Shown in pieces: positions 1 through 8,397 of a stretch of 64,000 bases of DNA; position 1 is the stretch's first letter, and each line of letters opens with the position of its first letter. The translations under genes and the position numbers were made by a program. Source of the DNA: an uncultured bacterium (GTDB taxonomy: Bacteria > SAR324 > XYD2-FULL-50-16). The stretch spans positions 103,125 through 167,124 of the forward strand of contig CBFCZY010000006.1 in the NCBI GenBank assembly GCA_965602905.1, given 5' to 3'. The notes under the pieces were generated by a model that was not told where the DNA came from, searched no databases, and worked only from the letters and a program-made list of their open reading frames with translations.

Positions 1-673
1 ACGAGAGAGTCAGTCTGCCCAAGAGGAAGTAAAACTCAATGCAGCGGTAGAAGTGGCAAAGATGGGTAAACTCTTTGATAATATGACCCAAGACGTACTC
101 AAACATCATGGCTACGAGATCAAAGAGGATTCAGCAGAATACAACTTGCTCAAAAAGAACCTATTTGAGTTAGAACGCAACATCAAAAACTACCGTCAAG
201 ACCTTTTAAGTGGTGATATTGAAGACGAGTGGAACTTGTTAGGATCACTAGATTCAAAAGAGGAAACTCAATCAATCCTTACTCCTCCTGCCCCAATTCC
301 TGCAGAACCTCAAACTAAGACCCACCCAATCTCTACAATTATTAACAATTTCTTAAATGAAAAGAAACGTGCTGAATCTTTAACCGATAAGTCTTTGTCA
401 GAATACACAGCCAATTTACACATGCTGGTTGAGGTCTTTGGTGATATTGCCATTCAGGATTTGAGTTTTGAAAAGGCTAGAGAGTTTAAAGAAGTCTTAC
501 TCAAACTCCCTAAAAACAGAAATAAACAGAGTCGGTACAAGGGTAAATCCATTGCTACGATCATCCGACTACCAAATATTGAAACCATGTCTAACACCTC
601 TTTGCGAAGTCAATTGCTTTGGTTGGATCATTCATCCCTTCATGGGCAAAGGGCAAGACCAATAGAATTGTGA
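1..673 (+). pseudogene. Truncated phage-type tyrosine recombinase/integrase. Only the N-terminal SAM-like/core-binding region is present. The reading frame enters from upstream of the window.
   Basis: The frame is open from nt 2 and translates to ...ISTIINNFLNEKKRAESLTDKSLSEYTANLHMLVEVFGDIAIQDLSFEKAREFKEVLLKLPKN..., which is typical of the integrase N-terminal domain. The ORF ends at 673 with no R-H-R-Y catalytic domain, and the downstream frames are scrambled. Confidence 0.45.
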
Positions 674-773
674 TTGGCAGGGCTAAAATACCCCCGCCAA
701 TACTAGTTTTTAATCACAAGCCATGCACTCAAAGGAATGATGGCTGATGCAATTAAAGCCTTAACAAATTGCA

Positions 774-1160
774 CTAATTGAGGCCTTTAAATGTACCAGT
801 ATGATTTGCGCTTCGTAACTCTCCTTTAGGGGAAAGAAGTAAGAAAAGCTTTGTCCCATTTGTTGGGTGTTTCACTTCAACTCTTAAAAATTTATGCTTC
901 AAGGTTTGGATTTTCATCTTTTTTTTCTCAACATGTTTCCAGCTTACATCCAGTGTTTTGTTTTCAACGGGCACCTTTTTATTTACCAAAACACCTATTT
1001 GAGTTTGGGAAATATTTAAAATTCCCGTTGTTGTAAGTTTTCCTATTGGCGCATGGGAGCCATCTTCCCCATGGTGATGTCCACCACCAGCAAATGCTAG
1101 CATTGGAAAAAAGAGGCTAAGTACAAAAAATGTAGTGAGTAATTTGTGTTGTAATTTCAT
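774..1160 (-). CDS. Secreted His-rich protein, a putative periplasmic metal-binding partner of the HupE/UreJ transporter. The start was chosen at internal Met MKLQHK..., which has an AAGGAA ribosome-binding site.
   Basis: The signal peptide LLTTFFVLSLFFPMLAFA is followed by GGGHHHGEDGSH. The start lies 14 nt downstream of the HupE-like stop, consistent with the same operon. Confidence 0.5.
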   Translation of the reverse strand: MKLQHKLLTTFFVLSLFFPMLAFAGGGHHHGEDGSHAPIGKLTTTGILNISQTQIGVLVNKKVPVENKTLDVSWKHVEKKKMKIQTLKHKFLRVEVKHPTNGTKLFLLLSPKGELRSANHTGTFKGLN

Positions 1161-1173
1161 ATTGTTCCTTTTT

Positions 1174-1971
1174 TTAATGTTGGTGTTGTTCGCCACTAAT
1201 CATGGGCTGTGAATATTCGCTAGGGATTTCTTCAGTCTCTTGGGTTGCCCTATCGGCCTCATCCATTTTGATATGAGAGTGAATGTGGTTGTCTTCTGAG
1301 AAACCAAAATCATCAGGCTGGGTTGTATGTTGGTAACCATGAATTTGCATCATGAACAACATAAAGCCAACAAAGATCAAAGAAAGATTAGAGATAAAAC
1401 TGAATTTTTTGAAACTAGGGCTTTGCCTCCACATAGAGATAGCAAGGATCATAATGCTCAAGGCAATCACTTGCCCCAATTCAACCCCAACATTAAAGGC
1501 AACAATACGGCCTAAAAGTTCCATGCGGTCAAATTCTAATGGCAATTGTTGTAACCTTGTGGAAAGACCAAAACCGTGAATCAAACCAAATAAAAACACC
1601 ATAGTCACTAAACTTGGCATCTTGATATCTAGGTATTTTTTGAATCCATCTATATTCTCAAAACCTTTGTAGATCACTGTAAAGGCGATCACGGCATCAA
1701 CCAAATAGGCATCTGCTTTGATTCCTAAAAAGGTTGCAAAGATCAAGGTAATACTATGGCCTAAAGTAAACGCTGAGATAAACTTAACAATATCTCTGAA
1801 TTTATTTAAGAAGAAAATTACGCCAAAGAGAAATAAAAGATGATCGTAGCCCGTGAGCATATGCTCCAGACCCAAGCCTACATAGGCAGAATAGCCACCA
1901 TCAATCATATTTTTGATTGCTTCGGGGGAGATACCATGCGCAAACAGGTCTCCCGAAAAAATTCCAAACAT
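1174..1971 (-). CDS. HupE/UreJ-family Ni/Co transporter-like membrane protein with a His-rich C-terminal tail.
   Basis: Multi-TM protein. It has the GLEHMLTGYDHLLFL motif (G-x-x-H-x-x-x-G-x-D-H, the HupE/UreJ signature) and a second-half LIHGFGLS segment. The tail is ...DNHIHSHIKMDEADR...GEQHQH. Confidence 0.55.
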   Translation of the reverse strand: MFGIFSGDLFAHGISPEAIKNMIDGGYSAYVGLGLEHMLTGYDHLLFLFGVIFFLNKFRDIVKFISAFTLGHSITLIFATFLGIKADAYLVDAVIAFTVIYKGFENIDGFKKYLDIKMPSLVTMVFLFGLIHGFGLSTRLQQLPLEFDRMELLGRIVAFNVGVELGQVIALSIMILAISMWRQSPSFKKFSFISNLSLIFVGFMLFMMQIHGYQHTTQPDDFGFSEDNHIHSHIKMDEADRATQETEEIPSEYSQPMISGEQHQH

Positions 1972-2023
1972 GGAACCTCCTAATAATTATTGAAAAAACT
2001 TAATGAAAGGACGTGTTTTTTCG

Positions 2024-2398
2024 CTAATTCAGCAGGACAACGGTTTTATGGATAGATAGATGATAATCTAACGAGATGGACGGGTCCGACTTCTCTTGAA
2101 AAAGAGAAAGGAATTGGAATTTACTTGGTAATAAAAAGAAAAATGTAGCGAGAGTTGCAAGAACTACAAAGACATTTGGCAAGGTAAAATGGCCTTCATG
2201 TTCATGCTCTTGAGGGTGGGAATGGTCTTTGTCCATTTCACCTTTTTCATGATGCAAATCTATGTGATGAGTCAATGCAAGGGGATTATGCACTTCACTG
2301 TGAAGGGAGTGGCCTGCCTCTAAGAAAGGAATCCAAGCAGCTAGCAGAAGCATAGAAATAACAAATCCAAGTAAAATATTTTTATTTGAAATGGTCAA
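2024..2398 (-). CDS. Small membrane protein with a His-rich loop, putatively metal-binding. It uses a TTG start and is the first gene of the metal operon.
   Basis: TM helix, then HSLHSEVHNPLALTHHIDLHHEKGEMDKDHSHPQEHEHEGH, then a second TM helix. An AAGGA ribosome-binding site sits 9 nt upstream of the TTG. Confidence 0.5.
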   Translation of the reverse strand: MTISNKNILLGFVISMLLLAAWIPFLEAGHSLHSEVHNPLALTHHIDLHHEKGEMDKDHSHPQEHEHEGHFTLPNVFVVLATLATFFFLLPSKFQFLSLFQEKSDPSISLDYHLSIHKTVVLLN

Positions 2399-2421
2399 AA
2401 TCTAATTTTCCTTTGAAAGGA

Positions 2422-2458
2422 GGTTCCTAATTACTACTGGTAGTAAAATATTGGAACC
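2422..2458. promoter_or_regulatory. Nested inverted repeat, GGTTCC...TTACTAC-tg-GTAGTAA...GGAACC, lying 25-60 nt upstream of the metal-operon start. Candidate operator.
   Basis: The inner arms are a perfect 7-bp palindrome (2431-2446) and the outer arms are a 6-bp pair (2422-2427 and 2453-2458), read directly from the sequence. Confidence 0.3.
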
Positions 2459-2953
2459 CTTTTTAAAAGGCAAGATAAAAGAAAAGTATCAGTTTAGTGG
2501 TGCTAAATGACTTATTAATTTAGGCAATGATCAGTTCTTTAAAATTGCCAACCAACAACTCCCCTGTACAACCCTCCCAACTTCCCAAGACAATCAATCA
2601 TGGGAACCTACATCATTAAAAAACTTGATCTTGAAGGAATTAAAAAAAATTAAGAGAACGGCAAAAGTTCTACCAACAGGATGCAAAGGAAGATCTTCAA
2701 AGAGATAACTATCTGGTTTAAGTTCAAGATCGAGAGAACCATTCTGCCCATTGTTTAGTGTAAGACCTCATGAGACAGATTTGGTCTTTTAGTTAAGAGG
2801 CACTGTGCGATAAATTAAAACATCCAAATTGGATTTTATCATGAAGAAAAAAGTAAATTCGAGAGCAATGGTGGTGCTTAAAAAAATTGACTCCTAAAAT
2901 GAACATTTTTAGTTTTGTGTCTCCTCAAGATTGATTACCTTAGATCAGGGAAG

Positions 2954-3778
2954 TCAGTGCGTACCTCTAACCACCCTATTTCGGCCTGCATTTTTCGCTG
3001 CATAGAGGGCTTCGTCTAGCAAAGTCAATACTTGAGCCAAAGGCAAGTGCTGGTTATCTTGAACCTCATAAACACCTGCGGATATGGCCTGAGGCCCTGA
3101 AAAACCCAATTGATTTTTTCCCAGTTCAAACACACTAAGACGTATCCTTTCAGCCAATTGAAAGGTCTCTTCTAGATTGGTGTGAGGGCAGAGTACAAGA
3201 AACTCTTCTCCGCCGTACCTACAGGGTATATCTGTATCTCGTAATTGGGCAGCAATTGCATTGGATACAGCCTTAATAGTCTGATCTCCAATCAGGTGCC
3301 CATAATTATCATTCACTTGTTTGAAGTGATCCAGATCTAACATAATTAATGAAAAATGCTCATGGTATCTTTGCTGTAAATGAAACATCTCACTGAGGCG
3401 GTCCATTAGAAAATGACGATTATATAAACCTGTCAAACGATCTCTCATTGCTAGGTGTTCCAACTTGTCTGCAAAGCCTCCAAGGAGATAACCAAACAAA
3501 GCAAATGCAACTAAAGCTGTAATTTCAGCGTAGATATAGGAAAGGAAAATTGAATCTTGAGCATCATCAGCAAAGGTGCTTAACAAAATCCACTCGCCAA
3601 GTGGCCCCACAAAACTTAAGCAAATACCTAGCAAAGGCCACTTAAATCGCCTTAATCTTAAAATTTTCATCGTTTTTATCTCAATAGCTTGTGACTTCGT
3701 TCCAGAATATACTTGGAAATATCTATCTTGAAAACAGTACTTTGATGTAATCACAAAAAAGAGTTTAGTTCTGTACAA
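2954..3778 (-). CDS. Membrane-anchored GGDEF-domain diguanylate cyclase. An alternative start at MKILRLRR (nt 3670) is possible.
   Basis: RDRLTGLYNRHFL...LDLDHFKQVNDNYGH...RYGGEEFLVLCP is a GG[DE]EF active-site region. It is preceded by 2-3 TM helices. Confidence 0.85.
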   Translation of the reverse strand: MYRTKLFFVITSKYCFQDRYFQVYSGTKSQAIEIKTMKILRLRRFKWPLLGICLSFVGPLGEWILLSTFADDAQDSIFLSYIYAEITALVAFALFGYLLGGFADKLEHLAMRDRLTGLYNRHFLMDRLSEMFHLQQRYHEHFSLIMLDLDHFKQVNDNYGHLIGDQTIKAVSNAIAAQLRDTDIPCRYGGEEFLVLCPHTNLEETFQLAERIRLSVFELGKNQLGFSGPQAISAGVYEVQDNQHLPLAQVLTLLDEALYAAKNAGRNRVVRGTH

Positions 3779-3923
3779 AGTTACTAATTTTACTTTTTAT
3801 AAAAGGAGAATATACTTTGATTAAGAAAGATTTTATATACACTTTCAATTTTTTTTACATTGTCACAGCAGTCCTAGTTTGATAATTTTTGGATAGAATT
3901 AAATAAATGCCCAGGAAGCCAAT

Positions 3924-6677
3924 ATGAACCCTAATTCAAGTTTTTCCAGTAACTTCAGCAACAATAAACAAGACCTTGCTTGTATCAAAGATGCCGCTGA
4001 TTTGCTGCTCCGCTTTAAAGGGGTTTTAGAGCAACTAGGAGAAAGAGAACTAGCGAAACTTTTGCCTTGGGACCTGGGTGCGGATTTACAAGGGGTAGCC
4101 CCCTACAAAAAAGCACAGTTCTACTCTGTTGTATTCCAGTTGATCAACATCGCTGAAGAAAATCACTACGCCAACCAAAGAAGGCTTTCAGAAACTAAAG
4201 GCCAAAATACCCCCGGTCTCTTTGAAGAGGTGCTACACCGTTTGAGGGGGCAAGGATTAAAAGGGGAAGCCTTAAAAAACTATCTGAAGACGATCCATGT
4301 TGAACCAGTTCTCACTGCTCACCCGACAGAAGCCAAACGAATCACCGTTCTTGAATTTCATAGAGGACTCTTTAAAGACTTAAAACAGTTGCAAAACACA
4401 GCCTTAAGTCTCGCTGAATCCCAAGAATTGGAGCAAAGGATCGCCTCTACTTTAGAACGCATCTGGAGGACAGGTGAGCTTTATACTGAGAAGCCGACCT
4501 TAAAAAAAGAGTTTTCCAATATCTTATTTTATCTTACTCGTATTTTCCCCGATTCCTTGACCATGCTAGACCAACGTCTTTTGTGGGCTTGGGGCCAGAG
4601 CGGTGAAGACCTTACAACTCTGAGTGACCCAGCAAACCTGCCTCGACTAAGCCTAGGCAATTGGGTCGGCGGAGACCGAGATGGGCACCCCCTAGTCACT
4701 GTTGATTTCACGCTTGATTGCCTGAAGGAAATGCGGTTGGCCGCAATGACTTTAATATACAATCAGATCAAAAAACTAACTTCCAAGCTCGGGATGACAG
4801 CCAATTTACAAAAGGCACCTTCAATGCTTTTGAAGGCGATTGATACCTATGCAGAGCAATTGGGTGAAGCGGGACGTTTAGCTGTTGAACGCAATCAGGG
4901 AGAGCCTTGGAGGCAGTACCTCAATCTGCTGCTCGTCAAACTTCCTGTTGAAAAGTCGAGAGGAACTTTACAGCTGGCGCAGGGCCCCTGCGACTATGTT
5001 AGTTCCGTAGAATTGCTAAACGATCTTCAGCTCTTGCGGAGAGCCTTAGAAGAAGTTAAGGCGGAACAGATCGCCTTCGCCGACTTAAGAAGACCCTACC
5101 GTTTAGTCAAAACCTTTGGCTTTCATTTGGCCTCTCTAGATATCCGCCAAAATTCCGACTTTCACGATCGAGCAATGAGCCAGATTTTGGTGGCCGCTGG
5201 AATTGAGGGTGGTGCAAATTATGAAAATTGGCCCGAGGAGCAACGACGTAGTTTTATCGAGCAAGAGCTTACTAGCATGCGTCCTTTTTTACACCCTCAG
5301 GCGAAAGCAGGACCTGAAGCTGACGAAATTCGTATGTTGTACGGAATGCTGGCCGACTGGGTTAATCAAAATGGCCTCAATGGACTGGGTGCATTTATTG
5401 TGTCTATGACCCGTGACCTATCAGACTTGCTCTGCCTCTTTTTGTTTGCCCGAGAAGCGGGCTTTATGGAAGATACTGAGCTTGGGCCAGCCTGCCCTTT
5501 GGCGATTGTCCCTCTACTTGAAACCATTGAAGACCTGGAACAGGGCCCAAGAATTCTAAAGGAGTACTTAGCCCACCCTATTGTAAAAGCCAGCCTAGAA
5601 TTAATCCGACAAAAAAAAGGGCGTGAAGAACTCGTTCAGCAGGTAATGGTTGGCTATTCGGACTCAAACAAAGACGGTGGGATTCTGGCGAGCCAATGGG
5701 CTCTTTATCAGGCGCAGTCCTCAATGGCTCAAGTAGGTGACTCTGTTGGGGTTATGATTCGTTTCTTTCATGGTAGGGGAGGCTCCATTGGCCGTGGGGC
5801 AGGGCCTACAAAAAGCTTCTTAGAATCCCTGCCGCCTTCTAGCTTAAAAGGCAGCTTTCGTATGACTGAACAAGGTGAATCTATAAATCAAAAATATGCT
5901 TTTAGAACTACCGCCTCTTATAATTTAGAACTCTTAACAGCTGGAGTTATTGGGCAAAGCCAATCAAAGGGCTCGGCTGTTAAAATGAAAAGTGGCTTTG
6001 AATCTGTAATGGAAGAACTTGCCCAGACTTCGGCTAAAGTCTATGGACAACTGATCAACGACCCCAAATTCTTCACCTTTTTCAGGCAAGCCACTCCCAT
6101 TGATCTTTTAGAGCATTCTCGAATTGGGTCTCGTCCAGCTCGTCGCTCTGGTAAAGCAGGTATTTCAGACCTGCGGGCCATTCCTTGGGTTTTCTCATGG
6201 AATCAGTCACGTTTTCTTTTACCATCCTGGTATGGGGTAGGTTCTGCCTTAAAGGCATTAAAAGAGGGGCCCCCTGACCGTTGGGAGCTTCTTTTAGAGC
6301 AGGTCCGATCGGGAGCCTTAGACTATTTATTACAAAATGTTCAACGCTCTATACTCTTAGTGGATACTGAAGTTATGAACTTGTATGCAGGTTTAGCGGA
6401 AGATTCTAAGTTGGCTCAAAAGCAAATGGAACGTATAGAACTAGAATTTAAAGATACTTCCAGCTTTTTAGCCCAACTGTTAGAACCCAAAACCTCTGGT
6501 TCTTTGAGGCGATTTGAGCTTTCTATCACCCTGCGAAGAGAAGGCTTACGACAGCTGCATAAACAGCAAATTGCTCTACTTAGGGCATGGCGAAAAAATC
6601 CAAAAGATCAGGACCTACTAGAAGAGGCCCTATTAACGGTGAATGCCATTGCCTCAGGAATTAAGAATACTGGGTAA
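3924..6677 (+). CDS. ppc: Phosphoenolpyruvate carboxylase.
   Basis: Contains VLTAHPTEAKR and FFHGRGGSIGRGAGP, and ends in the PEPC C-terminal NTG. Length is 917 aa. An AGGAAG ribosome-binding site precedes the start. Confidence 0.95.
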   Translation: MNPNSSFSSNFSNNKQDLACIKDAADLLLRFKGVLEQLGERELAKLLPWDLGADLQGVAPYKKAQFYSVVFQLINIAEENHYANQRRLSETKGQNTPGLFEEVLHRLRGQGLKGEALKNYLKTIHVEPVLTAHPTEAKRITVLEFHRGLFKDLKQLQNTALSLAESQELEQRIASTLERIWRTGELYTEKPTLKKEFSNILFYLTRIFPDSLTMLDQRLLWAWGQSGEDLTTLSDPANLPRLSLGNWVGGDRDGHPLVTVDFTLDCLKEMRLAAMTLIYNQIKKLTSKLGMTANLQKAPSMLLKAIDTYAEQLGEAGRLAVERNQGEPWRQYLNLLLVKLPVEKSRGTLQLAQGPCDYVSSVELLNDLQLLRRALEEVKAEQIAFADLRRPYRLVKTFGFHLASLDIRQNSDFHDRAMSQILVAAGIEGGANYENWPEEQRRSFIEQELTSMRPFLHPQAKAGPEADEIRMLYGMLADWVNQNGLNGLGAFIVSMTRDLSDLLCLFLFAREAGFMEDTELGPACPLAIVPLLETIEDLEQGPRILKEYLAHPIVKASLELIRQKKGREELVQQVMVGYSDSNKDGGILASQWALYQAQSSMAQVGDSVGVMIRFFHGRGGSIGRGAGPTKSFLESLPPSSLKGSFRMTEQGESINQKYAFRTTASYNLELLTAGVIGQSQSKGSAVKMKSGFESVMEELAQTSAKVYGQLINDPKFFTFFRQATPIDLLEHSRIGSRPARRSGKAGISDLRAIPWVFSWNQSRFLLPSWYGVGSALKALKEGPPDRWELLLEQVRSGALDYLLQNVQRSILLVDTEVMNLYAGLAEDSKLAQKQMERIELEFKDTSSFLAQLLEPKTSGSLRRFELSITLRREGLRQLHKQQIALLRAWRKNPKDQDLLEEALLTVNAIASGIKNTG

Positions 6678-6701
6678 TTTAAGTTAGGCTTTACCTAATG
6701 C

Positions 6702-6727
6702 CAGCAGGCAAAAACCTGCTGTTTCCA
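6702..6727 (+). terminator. Hairpin cagcagg-caaaaa-cctgctg followed by TTTCC. Putative ppc terminator.
   Basis: A 7-bp GC-rich stem lies immediately after the ppc stop. The T-tract is short. Confidence 0.4.
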
Positions 6728-7055
6728 CTCCAGAATAGGGATGATCGTTCCCCTCCTGCTCTACCAATGATTTTATATAAAGAAATTGAGGCAATAGGCT
6801 TTGCCTTGGCCCGTGATTTTATAAATGACAATGATAGCCATCGCAAAATTTTTAAAACAATTAATGAATTAGCTGCGAAGGAGAATATTACTCCATATCA
6901 CCTGAATTAACCAATTTGGCTTATGGGCAGTGGAGATTTCCATTTTTAAAAGGTCTTGTTAAATCAATAGGTACGTTGGGTTAGTTGATGTTTGGTCACG
7001 ACGACCATTGTCGCCTCCACAGTCCTTCTGGTTTTTATATATAGAGTGGCTACCG

Positions 7056-7442
7056 CTATAGGTCGATTCCTATATCATGCAATTTCAATACAACCATATC
7101 CATGTTAAAGGGCTTCACTATGTAGCTATCGCAGCCAGCCTGGATGCTGGTTATAACTGAGTCCCGGTCGCTGACGCCGGTAACCATTAGCACCTTGGAT
7201 TGTCCTATTTTATAGAGTTTCTCCAGTTCTCGGATCTCGACCAAGGCGTCTATTCCCTGAAGGTCGGGTAGGCCGATATCTAGTGCAATCAAGTCGAAGG
7301 GACGGCCCTTATTCAGCTCGACCTCGCACATGGAAATTGCACCGCGCCCCGTTTGGGCTTCTTGGCAACTACCGAAGGAGCTTAAAATCTTGAGCATTTT
7401 TTCGCGGCTTACTAGCTCGTCGTCCACCACAAGGATTTTCAT
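7056..7442 (-). CDS. Single-domain CheY-like response regulator (receiver only).
   Basis: KILVVDDE...LIALDIGLPD...MVTG...VKPF carries all the conserved receiver residues. It overlaps the upstream gene by 4 nt (ATGA). Confidence 0.85.
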   Translation of the reverse strand: MKILVVDDELVSREKMLKILSSFGSCQEAQTGRGAISMCEVELNKGRPFDLIALDIGLPDLQGIDALVEIRELEKLYKIGQSKVLMVTGVSDRDSVITSIQAGCDSYIVKPFNMDMVVLKLHDIGIDL

Positions 7443-8299
7443 TTCTCTACCTCTAATGTTTTTTGATCATCTTTCTGGGTTATACCATCAATAAATTCAC
7501 TTCTTTGCAAGTCCAATATTGAAAATGCCTGCTTTGCAGCTTCTAGATCTGTGTCTTTGCAAGCCTCTTCTAGGTCAGCGGCAGCGGCGGAAAGAGGGCC
7601 TGCTAAGAGATTGGCTGCTCCGCCCTTGATGGCGTGGGCTTCGGCTTGAGCGCTCCCCAACTCCCCATGGTCTAAGCTTCTAGTGATCTTGACAAACTGT
7701 TTCTCTAGAGCCTTACAAAACCCTTGAACCACACGTTCAAGCAACTCTTCGTCGTTGTCGAATTCAGTTAACGCTTGAACACGGTCAAAGGCTTTTAAAC
7801 TAATTTTTGGCGGCGAAGGTTGTGGCTGCTCTTCTTTGCCTACCAACCAATGATCAAGGGCTGCAAGCAGTTCACGGCGGCGCAGTGGCTTGGTCAGGTA
7901 ATCGTTCATCCCCGCCTCCAAACAGATATCTCTATACCCTTTCATGGCATGAGCGGTCATGGCTAGAATAGTTGTGGGATCAAGTCCCAATTTTTCTTCG
8001 ATTTGACGAATTTCCTTGGTGGCGGTGAATCCATCCATCAAGGGCATTTGCACATCCATCAGAATCAGATCGAAGATCTCGTTTTGGAAGGCTTCGACAG
8101 CATCGACACCGTTTACGGCTATGACCACCATATATCCAGCTTTTTCTAAGTGAGTTTGAGTAATCGTTCGGTTGGTAGCATAATCATCGACTAATAGGAC
8201 CCGTCCCTCACGTTCTTTGGCCTCTGCCAGACTGTGTCTGGTCACCAAACTGGTTAGGCTAGGATGTGTGAATTCCGTCTGTTTAAAAAGTGTAATCAA
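7439..8299 (-). CDS. Receiver plus Hpt (histidine phosphotransfer) protein. It is probably the C-terminal part of the upstream hybrid kinase, detached by a frameshift.
   Basis: The receiver reads VLLVDDYATN...LILMDVQMPLMDG...LAMTAHA...YLTKP. The Hpt motif is AEAHAIKGGAANL. The annotated start is a TTG. The same frame continues upstream as ...AILLLTTSGVRGDGKRCVDTGINGYISKPL up to a stop at 8420-8422. Confidence 0.8.
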   Translation of the reverse strand: MITLFKQTEFTHPSLTSLVTRHSLAEAKEREGRVLLVDDYATNRTITQTHLEKAGYMVVIAVNGVDAVEAFQNEIFDLILMDVQMPLMDGFTATKEIRQIEEKLGLDPTTILAMTAHAMKGYRDICLEAGMNDYLTKPLRRRELLAALDHWLVGKEEQPQPSPPKISLKAFDRVQALTEFDNDEELLERVVQGFCKALEKQFVKITRSLDHGELGSAQAEAHAIKGGAANLLAGPLSAAAADLEEACKDTDLEAAKQAFSILDLQRSEFIDGITQKDDQKTLEVEK

Positions 8300-8397
8300 A
8301 GCATTATTTAAGGTTTCAGCGCCTAATGGCTTGGATATGTAGCCGTTGATCCCTGTATCAACGCAGCGTTTTCCGTCACCTCGGACCCCAGAAGTGG

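Noticed and set aside
468-665. 65-aa ORF in an alternative frame inside the integrase region
   Set aside because: It is probably a frame-shifted remnant of the same decayed integrase rather than an independent gene.
2399-2953. Cobalamin or NiCo riboswitch in the leader of the HupE/UreJ operon
   Set aside because: No B12-box (GCCACTG) or other recognisable riboswitch core was found on the transcribed strand.
4529-4762. Numerous 60-150-aa antisense or embedded ORFs inside ppc, the kinases, the chemoreceptors and the FG-GAP gene (e.g. 4529-4762, 8906-9358, 22225-22662, 30406-30774, 40661-41047, 44788-45246)
   Set aside because: They are fully contained in or antisense to long, well-supported genes, and are typical shadow ORFs.
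6698-6910. 70-aa ORF just downstream of ppc
   Set aside because: It overlaps the putative ppc terminator hairpin and shows no recognisable features. It could be real, but there is no supporting evidence.
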